64,000 bases of DNA from an uncultured delta proteobacterium (GTDB lineage Bacteria > Desulfobacterota > RBG-13-43-22): the NCBI GenBank assembly GCA_963743305.1, contig CAVUPH010000012.1, positions 1 through 64,000 on the forward strand, given 5' to 3'. Below are positions 60,561 to 64,000 of this stretch, in pieces; position 1 is the first letter of the stretch, and each line of letters starts with the position of its first letter. The notes under the pieces were generated by a model that was not told the DNA's origin, did no database searches, and saw only the letters and a list, made by a program, of their open reading frames with translations. The translations under genes and the position numbers were made by a program.

Positions 60561-61272
60561 AGCAGAATTCCTCCCCCAGGTAGGCTTCCACGACCAGTGG
60601 GTTCTTGACAACCTCCTCCGGCGCCCCCTCGGCTATCTTCTCCCCGAAATTAAGCACCAGGATGCGCTGAGACAGGGCCATGACCCCTCGCATCACATGT
60701 TCGATCAACAGGATGGTAACCCCCCCCCGGTTGATCTCCCGAATCAACCCGATCAGGGTATCGGTCTCCGTCGGGTTGATCCCGGCCATTACCTCGTCGA
60801 GCATCAGCAGCTTCGGGTCCGTGGCCAAAGCGCGGGCCAACTCCAGCCGCTTCCGGTTGGGCAGGGTCAGCTCATTGCCCAGGGCCCGGCGCTTATCCTT
60901 GAGCCCGACAAACTGGATGACCTGATCGGCCTTTTTCGTCGCTTCCTTCAAATCCTTCAGCCGGTTAAAAGCGGCCACGATGACATTATCCAGAACGCTC
61001 AGTTCCAGAAAGGGTTTAACGATCTGAAAGGTCCGGACCAGCCCACGCTGGCAGATCTGGTGAGGTTTGAGGCCGAGCAGCGGCTGGCTTTGAAAAAAAA
61101 CCCGGCCGCTGTCCTGTTTGATAAATCCGGTCAGGATATTGAACAGCGTCGTTTTCCCGGCCCCGTTTGGTCCGATCACCGCCATGATTTCCCCGGACCG
61201 GATCTCCAGGGATACATTATCCAGTGCCCTGAGTCCCCCGAAGTTTTTCCCGATGTGGTCAACCGCCAGCAT
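60547..61272 (-). CDS. livG: Branched-chain-amino-acid-type ABC ATPase
   Basis: FGGL.AL, GPNGAGKTT, RTFQ, ELARAL, IEH.M, V.EAYLG. Confidence 0.92.
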   Translation of the reverse strand: MLAVDHIGKNFGGLRALDNVSLEIRSGEIMAVIGPNGAGKTTLFNILTGFIKQDSGRVFFQSQPLLGLKPHQICQRGLVRTFQIVKPFLELSVLDNVIVAAFNRLKDLKEATKKADQVIQFVGLKDKRRALGNELTLPNRKRLELARALATDPKLLMLDEVMAGINPTETDTLIGLIREINRGGVTILLIEHVMRGVMALSQRILVLNFGEKIAEGAPEEVVKNPLVVEAYLGEEFCFAPS

Positions 61273-61277
61273 AGCTG

Positions 61278-62246
61278 TTAATCTTTTTCCTTGAGGAAGA
61301 AGGGTCTTAACTTTCGGTTCAATAGGGGCATGATCCCCCGGGGAAAGAAAAACACGGCGAAGATCAACACAAAACCGTAAATGACCATGTGCAGCCCAGG
61401 ACGCCCTATCTCGCTCAGGTACGCCCGGGTCCATTCGGCGGGTAGCGTGATCAGAAAAGAGCCCACGATGGGTCCCAAAATGGTTCCCATTCCGCCGATG
61501 ATCGGGCGGAGAATAATCTCAATGGACATGCCCATACTCATCACCCGATCCGGGCTCAGATGAAAAATCCGGTTGGCGTCGAAGGTTCCGGCCAGGGCCG
61601 TCATGAAAGCGCTCAGGGAAATGGCCAGCATTTTATATTTGAAGGTATTGACGCCCAAGCTCTCCGCCGCATCTTCGTCTTCCCGGATGGCCACCAGATA
61701 ACGGCCGGCCTTGGAAAGCTCCAGTATCCGCACCACAATAACAGAAAAAAGCAGTAACCCTAACGAAACATAGTAATAGGGGAGATTGCCCCGGAACTGC
61801 ATGTTCCAAAAACCGGGATTGAAATCGATAAACAATCCCATAAACGAACCGAGGCTGTCCATTTGCAGGGCGATCAGTCGCCCTATTTCAGCAAAAGCAA
61901 TAGTAATCAGTACGAAATAGACCCCCCGTAGACCAAACCTAAACCCCAGGAAACCGACAATGAGTCCGACCACCGTGGCCAGCAGACCTCCGGCAAACAT
62001 CCCGACCCAGGGGGTCAATCCGAACACCATGACCAGACGCGTCGAGGTGTAGGCCCCGATCCCCAGGTACAGGGAATGGCCCAGGGATATGTTACCGGTA
62101 TAGCCGGTCAGAATATTCCAGCACTGACCTAGATAGGCATAATAAAATATAAGGATGAAGATTTCCATCCAGTAGTTGTTTAGAACTCCAGGAAGCAGGA
62201 GGAGCACGGCCAGGCAGAGAGCCAGGAAGACATAGAGGCGTTTCAT
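61278..62246 (-). CDS. livM: Branched-chain-amino-acid-type ABC permease
   Basis: WNILTGYTG.ISLGH, G.YF.LIT.AF.E, AIREDEDAAESLG, GGMGTILGP. Confidence 0.92.
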   Translation of the reverse strand: MKRLYVFLALCLAVLLLLPGVLNNYWMEIFILIFYYAYLGQCWNILTGYTGNISLGHSLYLGIGAYTSTRLVMVFGLTPWVGMFAGGLLATVVGLIVGFLGFRFGLRGVYFVLITIAFAEIGRLIALQMDSLGSFMGLFIDFNPGFWNMQFRGNLPYYYVSLGLLLFSVIVVRILELSKAGRYLVAIREDEDAAESLGVNTFKYKMLAISLSAFMTALAGTFDANRIFHLSPDRVMSMGMSIEIILRPIIGGMGTILGPIVGSFLITLPAEWTRAYLSEIGRPGLHMVIYGFVLIFAVFFFPRGIMPLLNRKLRPFFLKEKD

Positions 62247-63115
62247 CAGGACTTGCCCCCGAAAAGGCCCTGAGGGCGGAAAAGCAGGATCACCACCATG
62301 ATGGTGAAGCTGACCACCTGCTTCATGGAACTGGGCAGGAAGACCGTCCCCAGAGATTCGGCCACGCCGATGATCAGACCGCCCACCAGGGCGCCGGCCA
62401 GACTGCCCATCCCCCCCAGGATGACGATGACAAAAGAGACCATGGTATAGGGTGCTCCCATGGTGGCCTTGGCCGGCATCAAGGGCACCAACAGCGCTCC
62501 GGCGGCACCCACACAGGCCGCTCCGATCCCGAAGCAAATGCCGTAAAGGCGGTTGATATGGGTCCCGATGATCAGAGCGCCGAGGCGATTGTCGGCCGCG
62601 GCCCGGATGGCTTTGCCGATAGTGGTCTTCTTGAGGAATACCAGGACAATGAAGGTGATGACGATGGACAGGACAAAGGCGATCAAGCGCGGCACGTCCA
62701 CGGTCAGCGGTCCCAGCCGGAGGGAGGCCAGGGCCAGGCTGGTCTTGGGGCTGATGTCGCTCCCCCCCCAGATCATCAGGGTGCCGTTTTCAAAAATGAT
62801 GGCCAGCCCGACCAACACCAGCACCTGCATAGCCTCGGGCAAATCCAAAATACGATTGACGAAGATCCCTTGGACCAGATAGCCGACCCCAAACATCAGC
62901 CCGGCCACGATTGGCAGGGACAGATAAGGGTCGATGCCCCATCCCAGCAACAGCGTGATGGACAGGAACATGGCAAAGACCATCATCTCGCCGTGGGCGA
63001 AGTTGATGACCTTCATGACCCCGAAGATCAGGGAGAGGCCTAGAGCGATCAGGCTGTAGACCCCCCCCATCAAAAAACCCTGCAAGGCCAACTGCAGGAC
63101 CAGCGTCCAATCCAT
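62246..63115 (-). CDS. livH: Branched-chain-amino-acid-type ABC permease
   Basis: Y.LIALGLSLIFGVM.VINFAHG, GKAIRA, ILGGMGS, RPQGLFG. Confidence 0.92.
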   Translation of the reverse strand: MDWTLVLQLALQGFLMGGVYSLIALGLSLIFGVMKVINFAHGEMMVFAMFLSITLLLGWGIDPYLSLPIVAGLMFGVGYLVQGIFVNRILDLPEAMQVLVLVGLAIIFENGTLMIWGGSDISPKTSLALASLRLGPLTVDVPRLIAFVLSIVITFIVLVFLKKTTIGKAIRAAADNRLGALIIGTHINRLYGICFGIGAACVGAAGALLVPLMPAKATMGAPYTMVSFVIVILGGMGSLAGALVGGLIIGVAESLGTVFLPSSMKQVVSFTIMVVILLFRPQGLFGGKS

Positions 63116-63118
63116 GAA

Positions 63119-64000
63119 CTACCCTCGATCCCAGAGCTGCTTCCAGGGAAAAACGTAGGGCGCCTCGGCCGAATCTTTGGGCAGGACCACCTTGACCCGG
63201 TCGTCCACCTTGGGGTCCGGAAGGACCTGCACCATGGCCGCCGTGGCGTTGATGTTGTCGCCCTTCTCGTCAAAAACCACCGGGCCCCCGACCATGGGAT
63301 GGTCTTTGAAATTCGTCTTGCGCAAGGCCTCCCGTAGAGCCGCCGGGTCCGTCGACTTAGCCCGCTCCAAAGCGTCGGCGATCACCATGACCCCGGTGTA
63401 GGCATACCCGGAGTTGGTATCCAGATATTTTCCGGGATATTGTTTTTCAAACTTCTTGTTCATCTCTCTATAAACGGGGCTCTTGGGATTGACCCAGGGC
63501 ACGTTATCCATGACGTAATAGGCCAGTTTGTCCATATCGCGAACAAATTCCGGTTCGTACCATCCCGGGCTTCCCGGGCTGATGATCCCCACGAGTTCCA
63601 CCCGCTGCTTGTACAATTCCCGGATCAGAAGTTTGGCGTCGCCGGGACGGGCTACGGGACACAATAATTCCGGTTTGGCCGCCTTGAGCTTGGCCACCTC
63701 GGCCGAGAGGTCTTTGACCCCCAGCGGGTATTCGATGTGCTCGACGATTTCAAAGGGAAGCTTATGGTCCTTGACATACTTAATGAACGCGGCCCCCTGT
63801 CCTCGCCCGAAGGCGTCTCCGGCGTTGGCCACGGCGATCCGCTTGATGGTCACTCTCTTTTCCTTGAGGATCTGATCCAGATAGATCCCCATGCTTTTCA
63901 TGAAATACTCGACCTTGGGGAAGCAGCGAAACACGTTCTTATAGCCCTTGGCGGTAATGGCATCCAAGGCGGCCACGTCGATAACAAAGGGGATATTCCG
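63119..64000 (-). CDS. LivJ/K-family periplasmic substrate-binding protein (5' end outside the window)
   Basis: IT.KGYKNVFR, DLSAEVAKLKA, ADALERAKSTD, V.FDEKG. Confidence 0.88.
   Translation of the reverse strand, partial: RNIPFVIDVAALDAITAKGYKNVFRCFPKVEYFMKSMGIYLDQILKEKRVTIKRIAVANAGDAFGRGQGAAFIKYVKDHKLPFEIVEHIEYPLGVKDLSAEVAKLKAAKPELLCPVARPGDAKLLIRELYKQRVELVGIISPGSPGWYEPEFVRDMDKLAYYVMDNVPWVNPKSPVYREMNKKFEKQYPGKYLDTNSGYAYTGVMVIADALERAKSTDPAALREALRKTNFKDHPMVGGPVVFDEKGDNINATAAMVQVLPDPKVDDRVKVVLPKDSAEAPYVFPWKQLWDRG

Noticed and set aside
1-64000. CRISPR array, cas genes, rRNA, intact transposase or integrase
   Set aside because: No regularly spaced repeat-spacer series and no recognisable motifs seen on either strand

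Overview
Bacterial chromosome segment, most consistent with an anaerobic deltaproteobacterium (Desulfobacterota-like). This is inferred from the tilS-ftsH-folP-cdaA-cdaR-glmM-coaX order, the DUF39/NIL-ferredoxin homocysteine pair, paired YkgJ proteins and a UGA-recoded C_GCAxxG_C_C selenoprotein. The window has four blocks. (1) 1-16.1 kb is an eroded accessory island lying 3' of tRNA-Lys(CTT). It carries a Cache sensor fragment, an AT-rich MBL/2x cNMP protein, and a minus-strand run of FixLJ-like two-component genes, patatin, anaerobic sulfatase maturase, a PPIase-less mini trigger factor, arylsulfatase and 5'-nucleotidase. It also contains gene scars, a decayed phage-like tract and two tandem att-like modules (Lys and Thr cores). 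(2) 16.4-36.8 kb is a ~20-kb surface-glycan locus: two GH-A paralogs, several GT2/GT4 enzymes including a PqqD/RRE-like fusion, methyltransferases, DUF2142, WecA and an O-antigen ligase/OTase. (3) 36.9-55.8 kb holds housekeeping genes with MITE/REP inserts and a Met-rich uORF upstream of the homocysteine genes. (4) 55.9-64 kb holds Cys-cluster proteins and a liv-type ABC transporter. Several single-base frameshifts, including two in ftsH, look like long-read homopolymer errors. The best candidates for undescribed biology are the maturase + mini trigger factor + sulfatase cassette, the dual att module, the RRE-like glycosyltransferase and the Met leader. All protein calls are by motif recognition only; no database searches were run.
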